Positions 48,534 to 57,612 of a stretch of DNA of 64,000 nucleotides are shown here, in pieces; the stretch's first letter is position 1, and every line of letters starts with the position of its first letter. The stretch is from Syntrophales bacterium (GTDB lineage Bacteria; Desulfobacterota; Syntrophia; Syntrophales; UBA2210). The notes beneath the pieces are model-generated. The model was not told the origin of the DNA and did no database searches. It saw only the letters and a program-made list of their open reading frames with translations. The position numbers were made by a program, and so were the translations under genes. The stretch is from positions 192,001 through 256,000 of the forward strand of contig CAXXNF010000001.1 in the NCBI GenBank assembly GCA_963666365.2, read 5' to 3'.

Positions 48534-49763
48534 TTAGGGCACCCCCTTGGACTTAATGGCAAAAACAGCGCGATTGACCGTTTCCAAGGCCTCGGGGCGC
48601 CCGTTTTTAAGGGTTTCCCGGGCCTCTTCGACAAGCTGTCGCAGCCCGTCGTCATATTTTCCCCACCGTTTCACAAAGGAAAGATAGCCGCCTTCGGTAT
48701 AGCGTTCGAAAATAACACGGGCCCTGTCAAATTCCGACATCTCCTGGTATGCATCAATCGCGGCGCACATGTTCCCTTTTATTTTTGAAAAGGTCCCCTT
48801 GACGGTAAAAAGCGGGTTGGTCATCTGGAGCGTTTCGAAAGTGCAGTCGAATGTCAGACCTTCGATAAGCGCCCGGAGCTCATCGATCATCAGGTCGTCG
48901 CCGGGCGGAACGAATTCGCCGGCACGCCACCGTTCATAAAGCAGTGAGTTCTCCTGTACCGCAAGGCTGCGCACCCGCACTTCCGACGGCTTTATTTCAT
49001 TAAGAACGGAAAGCGTATCCACAATATGACACCGTGAACGATCCTCAACGCCCCCCGCAAGGCCGGGCATGACAAAGGCGGCCATGGAAATTCCCGATCT
49101 CATAACCGCTCGTCCTCCTTCGATGTGCTCCTTGTGCGTGACCCCCTTTTTCATGAAGGAAAGCACGTCGTCGCAACCCGACTCCAGGCCCACATAGCAC
49201 CAGGTCAACCCGGCATCATGCAACTCCGCCAGTTCCTCCGGGTGCTTGTGCTGACAGGTTTTCGCTCTCCCATAGGAAGAGACCGTCGTTACGGAAGGAA
49301 AGGTTTTTTTCAGATGCCGGATCGTCTCAACAAGTTCCGGTGTTTTCATTATGAGGGCATCGGCATCCTGGAGAAAGACCCGTTTTGCACCGCAAAGAAT
49401 CCAGTTGACCACGGCACCCAGGGTATCGGCGGCCCGGGCCTGTGCAAAGGTCATGTCGACCGGGTAGGTTCCGTAGGCGGCAGGGTAGCGGCGCAGCATC
49501 TCTCTGACCGTTTCGCCGCTGATTCTGCCGCTGGTCCCCATCTCCAGCGATATCGATTCGAGTTCGTCACGAAGGCGGGCCACGATATCGATATCGCCCT
49601 TGATTTCATCCAGGCTTCGCAGACTGAATCGTCTGTTTTTGTACACGGAACAGAAGAGACATCGATTCCAGGGGCAGTGGCGGTTCACACGAAATATCAG
49701 CGCTTCCTTCTCGCCGATGGGTCCCATGGGACCCAGTTCGATTGTCGCGTCCTTCGGCTCCAT
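48534..49763 (-). CDS. Radical SAM protein
   Basis: CPWNRCLFC, VFLQDAD, VGLESG, MPGLAG. Confidence 0.9.
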   Translation of the reverse strand: MEPKDATIELGPMGPIGEKEALIFRVNRHCPWNRCLFCSVYKNRRFSLRSLDEIKGDIDIVARLRDELESISLEMGTSGRISGETVREMLRRYPAAYGTYPVDMTFAQARAADTLGAVVNWILCGAKRVFLQDADALIMKTPELVETIRHLKKTFPSVTTVSSYGRAKTCQHKHPEELAELHDAGLTWCYVGLESGCDDVLSFMKKGVTHKEHIEGGRAVMRSGISMAAFVMPGLAGGVEDRSRCHIVDTLSVLNEIKPSEVRVRSLAVQENSLLYERWRAGEFVPPGDDLMIDELRALIEGLTFDCTFETLQMTNPLFTVKGTFSKIKGNMCAAIDAYQEMSEFDRARVIFERYTEGGYLSFVKRWGKYDDGLRQLVEEARETLKNGRPEALETVNRAVFAIKSKGVP

Positions 49764-49796
49764 TTATTTTATTTTCTAAGCAACTGATTCATTTTT

Positions 49797-49870
49797 CCCC
49801 GCAGAGACGCCAAGACACAGAGAAAAAAATTATATTCCCCTTTGTCCTCAGCGTCTCTGCGCCTCTGCAC
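49797..49870. repeat. Imperfect palindromic repeat (CGCAGAGACGC...GCGTCTCTGCG type, family D)
   Basis: CGCAGAGACGC..CACAGAG and CTCAGCGTCTCTGCG..CTCTGC arms around an AT-rich spacer. Confidence 0.65.
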
Positions 49871-49980
49871 GAAATTTTGCTTTTCCGGTATGCTGCCCGA
49901 AAAACTTTGAGTTATTTTCCATTATAATGCTGATGTGTCGGCATAGTTGAGCTTTTTAAAAACCTTTCCGGCTCGGGACC

Positions 49981-51684
49981 TTATTTGTCCCACTTCCCTT
50001 CGGAACGCAGACGCTCCACAATTGCCTTCGCCTGTTCCTTGAGGGTCACGTAATCGGTCTTCGCCACCCGGTTGAGGGGGATCTCCCCCACCTTGACGAC
50101 CTCTATGTGAGAAGGCCGTGAATAGGCCGAAATCTGCTTGCAGGCTTCATTGATGTCGTCGGCTGTAATGTTCTCGCCGTCGGGCACCTCGACAAAGGCT
50201 ATAATGCCCTCCGTAAAGACATCGTGCTCTGCGCCGACCACGGCGACGGTTCCCAGTCTCCCCTTGAAGCTGTGCTCGATGTGATTTTCCACATCCCCGG
50301 GAAAAACCTGATATCCTTTCGGTTTGATGACCATTTTACCCCTGCCGGCGAAATGAAGCCCCTCATCGTCGTAGTAACCCAAATCTCCCGTATATACGAT
50401 CCCGTCCGACGAGATCGTCTTTGCCGTGTTTTCGGGATCTCCCAAATAGCCCAGAAACACCTGCGGCCCCTGGAAGCAGATTTCGCCTACCTCTCCGGCC
50501 GGCTTTTCATCACCGGCGGATCCGTCCTTTTTCATCATGCCGCGGATGCTGATGGGAAAGAAGGGCATCGCATAGCCGATCCCTTTCATGATGTCGTCCA
50601 CTGTGGAAGGTATGTCAGTATAGGTGCAGAATCCCCCCGTCTCCGTCAGCCCCAGACCGGTGGCGATTTCCGGGGCCATGGTCTGCATCTTCTCAAGAAA
50701 CTGCCGTGAGACCGCCTGGCCGCCGTAGATGGCCATCTTGATACTGGAGAGATCGTAGCTGTCGTAATCGGGAAGTCGCCATTCCATGTTGAAAAGCGCC
50801 GGGATCTGGCCCAGATGGGTGATCTTGTGTTCCTGCACGGCTTCGAGACTCAGCTTTGGATCGAAGATGTGAAGAATCACCGGCGTGGCCCCCATGAAAA
50901 GGGGAGTCTGCAGCAGCTCGGTGGTGCATCCCACATGCGAAGGGGGCAGATTGACCAGCATTCTGCTGGATTCATCCATTTCAAAGGCCACACCGAGCGC
51001 CACATTCTGCACGAGAATGTTCTCATGGCAGAGCAGGGCAGGTTTCGGTGAACCGGTGGAACCGGTGGTAAAAATGATGAGACAGGGATCACGCCTGTCC
51101 ACGAGTTCCCGGGCCTTTTGCACCACCCCCGTTTCCAGGCTCTTCATAAATATCTCAGGGATGTCCTTTGCGAATTCAGCGAGACCGACTGCCCCTTCCA
51201 TGACAAGATCCGCTTCCTTCTGTACCTGGACCCAGGTTGTGATCGAAGGAGTTGTTTTCATCACTTCTTCCACCATGGGACGGAAATCGGCCATGAGCGT
51301 CTTTCCCAGAAAGAAATAGGCCTTGGGCTCTATCTTGCCCATTGCGTACTGGATCTCGGCAACCTTGAGACGCAGGTCCAGAGGAGCAAGAATAACGCCT
51401 ATCCGGTAGCAGGCGTACATCAGGTACACATGCTCCTTTAACAGAGGAAGTGACGTCGCAATAATGTCCCCTTTCTTCAGTCCCATCGAGAGCAGTTTTG
51501 CGGCAAAGGCGGACACGGCCATGTCGAAGGCCTGCCAGGTGATTTTTTCGCCTGTATTGTGTTCGATGAGCGCGGTTGCGTTCGGTTTTTCCTGTGCATA
51601 TTTGGCCACACAGTCGGCAATGTTCGGTACGATGTCCTGCAGCAGCTTCTCGGCACGTGCTATCTTCTCCTGACTAATCGGCAT
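49981..51684 (-). CDS. AMP-forming acyl-CoA synthetase
   Basis: IFTTGSTGSPK, GLGLTETGG, YTGDLG, VFPGDVE. Confidence 0.92.
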   Translation of the reverse strand: MPISQEKIARAEKLLQDIVPNIADCVAKYAQEKPNATALIEHNTGEKITWQAFDMAVSAFAAKLLSMGLKKGDIIATSLPLLKEHVYLMYACYRIGVILAPLDLRLKVAEIQYAMGKIEPKAYFFLGKTLMADFRPMVEEVMKTTPSITTWVQVQKEADLVMEGAVGLAEFAKDIPEIFMKSLETGVVQKARELVDRRDPCLIIFTTGSTGSPKPALLCHENILVQNVALGVAFEMDESSRMLVNLPPSHVGCTTELLQTPLFMGATPVILHIFDPKLSLEAVQEHKITHLGQIPALFNMEWRLPDYDSYDLSSIKMAIYGGQAVSRQFLEKMQTMAPEIATGLGLTETGGFCTYTDIPSTVDDIMKGIGYAMPFFPISIRGMMKKDGSAGDEKPAGEVGEICFQGPQVFLGYLGDPENTAKTISSDGIVYTGDLGYYDDEGLHFAGRGKMVIKPKGYQVFPGDVENHIEHSFKGRLGTVAVVGAEHDVFTEGIIAFVEVPDGENITADDINEACKQISAYSRPSHIEVVKVGEIPLNRVAKTDYVTLKEQAKAIVERLRSEGKWDK

Positions 51685-52130
51685 ATCCCTGACCTCCCCT
51701 TTTTATTGTACACACCCCTACTATGCCTGATTTGCTATCACATTGTCACATTCGCTGCAACCATAGAACTCTTTAGAACGGCAATTTGCAGATAAATAGT
51801 ATTTTCCATCTATTGCGACAGCGTCCGTTTTCATTAATCGTACAAATTCGTCCAGCACAACCCGGCTATCTCCGGAGCAGCAATTCCTTGAACCCACGAG
51901 CACCACTATGGTCCCGAATAAACCTCTCTTATCTTGCCGTCCGTAATGAAATGAATCAGTGACGGGATTAATCTGTGCACCCGTTCAAGGAATCTTGCAG
52001 TGAATCCGGGTGTGATGAGATATCGGTTTTTTTGAACATAGAATCACCCCCTATGGATGCCTCCCGCCCAAACTACGGAATTATGATCCGTGACCAGGGC
52101 AGAATGTGCCCCGGTCACGCGAACACGGCT

Positions 52131-54712
52131 TTAGTAGACCTGCCTATAAAGTGCCAGCACGTCACCCGGATCGGTCACAGGACGGGGATTGAAAAGAACG
52201 GTGGCATCCCCTAATGCGTGGAATGCAGCTATTTCAAGCCCATCCTCGGTAACCCCTACATCACGCAGACGAAGCGGGTGTTTGACCGAGTTAATAAGTT
52301 TTTCTATATCATCCGCCGCCGCCAGAGCTGCATCACGATTACTCATGCCCGGTTCTCTGATGCCCAGGGCCTCTGCCACCATGGCCAGTTTGTCCGTGGC
52401 ATGGTCCACATTGAAGCGCATCACTTTGGGAAGCATGATGCCACAGGCCATACCATGAGGAATGTCATACAGCGCTCCGAGTGTGTGAGCCGTGGCGTGC
52501 GCAAGCGCGGTCTGAGTCATGTTGATTGCCCAACCCGCCATTGTGGCCGCAGTCTGAAGATTGCCTCTTGCTTCCTCGTCCTGACCGTTGGCCATTACCT
52601 TTGGAAGATTTTCCTTGATCAACCGTATGGCATGCATGGCATTCCCGTCGCTGAACGCATGCGGCATGGCTCCGGTAAGCGATTCTATGGCGTGCGTCAT
52701 GGCATCCATGGCAGTCTGCGCCGTTAGCGAAGGCGGAAGGGTAACGGTGAAACAGGGATCGAGAATCGCGACATCGGGCACAATATAGGGGTCCAAAATG
52801 AACACCTTCCGGCCTGCCACTTTACTCTTGATCACGCATGCATTGGTCACTTCGCTTCCTGTCCCGGAAGTCGTCGGAATCACGATGTGGGGGGTCTGGC
52901 GCTCGGTGAGGCGCATGAGAGTGATGTGATCGTCCGCTTTTCCCCCGTTTTTCAATGTCACACATGCCGCCTTGCCCGTATCGATGACGCTGCCTCCTCC
53001 CACACTGACGATGCAGTCGGCATTCAGTGCACGGGCCAGTTCGGTGGCCTCATCGACTGTGTCAAGATCGCTGTCATGCCCGATTTTATCGAAAACACCC
53101 ACACAAAAATCTCCCAGGGCATTCTGGACCATCTGAGCAAGCCCTGCATCACGGACCCCCTTATCGGTCAGAACAAGTGCCCGGGTACATTTCAAACTGG
53201 CAACCTCCTTGGCAATCGAAGCGAGACATCCCTTTCCCGAAATAACGTTTGTGTGGGAGTGAAACGGCAGGAAATTGCCCACCTTCGGGTTGTCGCTGAC
53301 TAAATGCCACATGGTGAAATTAGTATCCGGATTGGCATAGGAGCTCACATGCACCCTCTTGACCTGTGTATATTCCCGCAATCCGATCTCGCCCAGTTCG
53401 CGGCCGACGCCGGATTGCTTGTACCCGCCGAAAGGCGCAAAATCACCGAAGGCATGGTAACTGTTGATCCACACCGTGCCCGTGCGGATCCTGTGGGCAA
53501 TCTTTTGTGCCCGTTCGCTGTTCCTGGAAAATACCCCTCCGGCCAACCCGTAGGGGGAATCATTGGCGATGGAGACGGCCTCGTCCTCATCATCGTACTT
53601 TATCACACACACAACCGGTCCGAAAATTTCTTCCTGAGCGATTTTCATCGAGTTCTTTACATCCGTGAAGATGGTAGGCGCGAAGTAGTACCCGCCCATA
53701 CCGGTGATCTCGACCCTTTTGCCGCCCGCGGCGATACGGGCCCCCTCTTTCTGCCCCAATTCCACGTAACTCTCAACCTTTGCCAGCTGAACGTCATTGA
53801 CAAGGGGTCCGAGATGGGATTCCGGAAGGAGTTGATATCCTATCTTCATGGCATCGGCCCGTTTTTTCAGCTTTTCTACAAATTCATCGTGCATCGTTGC
53901 CGGAACGAGAATACGCGTCCCCGATTCGCACACCTGCCCCTGATGCCAGAATGTTCCGAATGCCGCAGTAGCAGTTGCCAGTTTCATATCGGCGTCGTCG
54001 AGTATTATGTTAGCCGATTTGCCGCCCAACTCCAAAGTCACCTTCTTGACCGTTTCCGAGGCCAATCTCATAATTGTGCGGCCCACCTCAGTGCTGCCGT
54101 TGAGGGATATCTTGTCCACAGCAGGATGTGTAGAGAGCACGTCCCCGAGTTCTGCACCGGGCCCGGGAAGAATATTGACGACACCCGCCGGAATACCCGC
54201 CGCCTGGGCGGCCTCGCCTATGATACATGCACTCAGCAGCGTTGAGGAGGCCGGTTTCACCACGATGGTGTTGCCCATGACAATGGCGTGGGCAATCTTC
54301 CATACCGCCTGAAGCGATGGGAAGTTCCACGGAACGATGCCCACGCATACTCCAATCGGTTCGCGCCGTATATAATCGCGCCCCGGGGCGAACACATTAC
54401 CGGAACTCAATATTTCCTCTTCCCAGGGAAACTTGTGGACCGCGTAATAGGCGAAGTTACGAAGGGCCCCCTGGCACATCATTCCCCATAATGAACTGAG
54501 TCTTATGCACTGTCCCGAATCCATCGCTTCGACCATGGCGATGCGCAACGACTGCCTGGCTATCTCATCGGCAAAGAGGTACACGATATCAGCACGTGCC
54601 CGCGGGCTCAGTCCGCTCCACTCCCCCCTGTCAAAGGCCTTCCTGGCCGCCATGACAACTTTTTCCGCATCGGCCTGGGTGGCTTTCGCCACAGTAGCAA
54701 AGGGCTGTCCCG
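52131..54712 (-). pseudogene. Aldehyde dehydrogenase + iron-containing alcohol dehydrogenase fusion, 5'-truncated
   Basis: PWNFP, GSTEVG, LELGGKS, GQVC, EEIFGPV, then VGGGSVID, PTTSGTGSE, DAMTHAIE, PHG; homology starts abruptly at GQPFATV; the track's first ~70 aa are antisense to the neighbouring gene. Confidence 0.8.
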
Positions 54713-55990
54713 GATATTCCGCAGCGAGGATTTGGAGACGTCCGTCAGTCTGATATACGACTATTTCAAGAAATATATACCGCTCGACTTCATTACCATC
54801 GTTGTCTACGATGCAACGCAGCATGCCGTACAACACCGGATTCACTCCACCGATGCCGGCATAATCCTTGTGGAAGAACTTATAAAATTTTCTGAGGATA
54901 CGAAAAAAGAAGCTCAAGATCTCTTTCACGGAAATACCAACATACGCTACATCCCGAATTGGTCATTGCCCATCTGAGAGAACGTATTATTTCCCATAAT
55001 CGGGAACTCCGGAAAAGACGGGGGCAGAACGCCGCAGAGGGAACAACCGGCCTGCAGGATGTCATGTCACAGGTCGAACAGGTGGCAAAGCTCCACACCC
55101 CGGTACTGCTCATCGGCGAAACCGGCGCCGGCAAGGAGCTGCTGGCCACTACAATCCATCACCTGTCAAAACGCTCCTATGGCCCGCTTGTCAGCATAAA
55201 CTGCGGAACGCTCGCGGAAACATTGCTCGACAGCGAATTGTTCGGCCAAGAGAAAGGGGCCTTTACCGGCGCCAGCTCTCTAAAAAAGGGGATTTTCGAA
55301 CAGGCGGATGGGGGCTCGATTTTCCTCGATGAGATCAGCGAATTATCAAAACAGGCCCAAGTGAAGTTGCTCAGAGTACTTCAAACCATGGACTTTCGCC
55401 GTGTCGGGGGGCCGAGGCCTATCTCCGTCGATGTGCGGGTAATTGCAGCGACGAATCGGGATATTGCCGGGATGGTGCAACATCAGGAATTCAGAAAGGA
55501 CTTATGGTTTCGGCTTAACACATTTCCCATTAAAATCCACCCTTTGAGGAATCGCAAAGAAGACATCCCTATTCTTGCGGAATATTTTGCCAACCGTCTT
55601 TCAGTAGAAATGAATCTTCCCTATCAGTATCGTTTTGCACCGCATGCCATGGCGCAACTCCAAGAATACGGCTGGCCGGGAAACGTCAGGGAACTGGAGA
55701 ATGCCATTGAAAAGTCACTGATTGTCAGCAGGGGAGCCCAATTGTCATTTCCCTATCTCAATGCGGCACTCCCCAAAGATTTTCCCCTCTATCCCGACGA
55801 TGACGAAGGCACACCTCCAACCATGAATGAAGTGATGACGCGTCATATCATGCGTGTCCTTCAACTCACCAGTGGCCGGATCGAAGGGAAAAGAGGAGCA
55901 GCCGAGATCCTCGGCATGAAACCATCGACGCTGAGAGCAAGAATAAAAAAGCTTGGAATTAGGATATCAAAATCTCCGTATTTCACGTGA
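54709..55990 (+). pseudogene. Sigma-54-dependent activator with disrupted N-terminus; AAA+ and HTH intact
   Basis: RIFRSEDLETSVSLIYDY.. fragment without start or RBS; frame change near 54960; then GETGAGKE, GAFTGA, FLDEI, WPGNVREL, terminal HTH. Confidence 0.8.
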
Positions 55991-56036
55991 AGAAAACGGG
56001 GCCGGACCTACCTGACGGCATTTCCCATAGGAGAGA

Positions 56037-56426
56037 CTACTGATCAAGCGGGCGACAATAATTATCTACTACTACTCCCCCGGGGAAAGTCACACATATG
56101 TGGTTAATAACGCGAATGTCTGGCATGCGTATTGGAGGATATCTTCGGAGGCATTCATCCATCCAGTAGTCAGGAGTGGTATAGTTGTTTGCACAATGCC
56201 ACGGTCTGCATCCAAGTCCGAATCTCCAACAGGTGGGAGTCTCAATTACTCCCAGTTCTATCGAATTCTGTGGAGCAAACGTATTATAATTTTTATGATT
56301 ATCCATTAAATCGAAAACATGCGTCTGTAATTGCCAACATCTCGCTACATTAGGACAGTCAGCACCCGCTATCGCAGGAACGATGAGAAGTGCGAGCGCC
56401 ATGCATTCAACCGCGATTCTTTTCAT
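56037..56426 (-). CDS. Secreted Cys-rich protein, paralogue A (8 Cys in mature chain)
   Basis: Signal peptide ending AIAGA, AAGGAGG RBS, clear paralogy to 56599-56970. Confidence 0.88.
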   Translation of the reverse strand: MKRIAVECMALALLIVPAIAGADCPNVARCWQLQTHVFDLMDNHKNYNTFAPQNSIELGVIETPTCWRFGLGCRPWHCANNYTTPDYWMDECLRRYPPIRMPDIRVINHICVTFPGGVVVDNYCRPLDQ

Positions 56427-56495
56427 TATGTGCCTCCTTGTCGCATTCCCGTAATATTGTTTCCTTACCGCTTCCTCACTGCCGATGGTTATAAA

Positions 56496-56522
56496 TTACG
56501 CTCGGGTAAGCGAGTTGTCAAG
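56496..56522 (-). promoter_or_regulatory. Conserved upstream element of paralogue A
   Basis: CTTGACAACTCGCTTACCCGAGCGTAA, 25/27 identical to 57031-57057. Confidence 0.65.
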
Positions 56523-56598
56523 ATCCCTTTACTACGGGCTGCTGTCGGAGGTAAATGGGGGTTTTTTTGAGGAGACCTTCATTGTCCCGTAGATAAGA

Positions 56599-56970
56599 CT
56601 ACTGATTAAGCGGGCGGCAGTAATCATTGACCACTATTCCACCGGGAAAGGTCACACATATCTTGGGATCAAGGTTAAATTGCCTGTTAAGTGCGATAGG
56701 AAACCTTCTGATACATTCGTCTATCCAGTAGTCAGGAGTGGTATAGTTGTTTGCACAATGCCATGGTCTGCATCCAAGTCCGAATCTCCAACAGGTGGGG
56801 GTCTCAATTGTTCCTATTTCGACTGATTGCTGAACAATAGTTGTCGACGGACTAAGACCAAATCCCCATTGGAGTACCCAACATCTTGCTGTATCAGGAC
56901 AGTCAGCACCCGCTATCGCAGGAACGATGAAAAGAACGAGCACCATGCATGCAACCGCGATCCATTTCAT
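56599..56970 (-). CDS. Secreted Cys-rich protein, paralogue B
   Basis: MKWIAVACMVLVLFIVPAIAGA-DCP; AAGGAGG before ATG 56970; same 8 Cys. Confidence 0.88.
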   Translation of the reverse strand: MKWIAVACMVLVLFIVPAIAGADCPDTARCWVLQWGFGLSPSTTIVQQSVEIGTIETPTCWRFGLGCRPWHCANNYTTPDYWIDECIRRFPIALNRQFNLDPKICVTFPGGIVVNDYCRPLNQ

Positions 56971-57030
56971 TGTGTGCCTCCTTGTCATGCTCCCGTAGTC
57001 TTGCTTCCTTATCGCCGTCGGGTGTGAATT

Positions 57031-57057
57031 TACGCTCGGTTACGCGAGTTGTCAAGC
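57031..57057 (-). promoter_or_regulatory. Conserved upstream element of paralogue B
   Basis: CTTGACAACTCGCGTAACCGAGCGTAA. Confidence 0.65.
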
Positions 57058-57134
57058 CGCTTTTAATAAGAAGCCCCCTTTAATATGCATGTTCTTATGA
57101 CGTAAGACATTTACCTTGGTCCGTCTCCAAGATA

Positions 57135-57533
57135 TCACCGCTCGCTGATGCACTGAAGTACGTAGATCGCTTCCGTCAAATCAATGCGGTCGTCGGCATT
57201 CACGTCGCCCCCGATAAAAGTCAACCCCGTATCCATACTGCAGGCGAGTTTGGCCGCCACGATCGCGTCCTCAAGTCCGATAACACTATCGGCGTTCACG
57301 TCTCCGGGTATAGATCCCTCCACAAGGCGGAGGATATTCCCCATGGCGTCGTAGGTATAGCGGATGATCTTGCCGTTGTCGTAATTGACCCCCGTGAGCC
57401 TTCCCGCCTGGTCGTAGGTATAGGTAACGGTTCCGGCCCCGGCAGCAAGGGGCGCCCCGATACACAGAATCAAAAGAACAGCCACCCAGGTTTTTCCCGA
57501 CCTGCTTGCATTCCTCGCTTCACTCCTGAACAT
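57135..57533 (-). CDS. Small secreted YD-repeat protein with C-terminal dockerin-like domain
   Basis: Signal peptide; YTYDQAGRLTGVNY..YTYDAMGNI; twin GDVNADSVIGLEDAI / GDVNADDRIDLTEAI loops; GAGGTG RBS. Confidence 0.85.
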   Translation of the reverse strand: MFRSEARNASRSGKTWVAVLLILCIGAPLAAGAGTVTYTYDQAGRLTGVNYDNGKIIRYTYDAMGNILRLVEGSIPGDVNADSVIGLEDAIVAAKLACSMDTGLTFIGGDVNADDRIDLTEAIYVLQCISER

Positions 57534-57612
57534 ATGCACACCTCACAATTCCCGAGAATATAAAAATGAGTCGAACGTAGACTTGCCCCTATCTCCCGGA
57601 AAATCCGTTTTG

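Noticed and set aside
51690..52125. Sigma-54 promoter for the acyl-CoA synthetase
   Set aside because: No convincing TGGCAC-N5-TTGC found on the minus strand.
52131..54712. Calling the fusion adhE
   Set aside because: The ALDH half has non-acylating-family motifs.
54713..54929. Track's N-terminal extension of the ALDH-ADH ORF
   Set aside because: No ALDH similarity; it is the reverse complement of the activator fragment.
56037..56970. Diversity-generating retroelement TR/VR pair or integron cassettes
   Set aside because: Differences include indels and are not adenine-specific; no reverse transcriptase, integrase or attC-like site seen; both copies have their own promoter-like elements.
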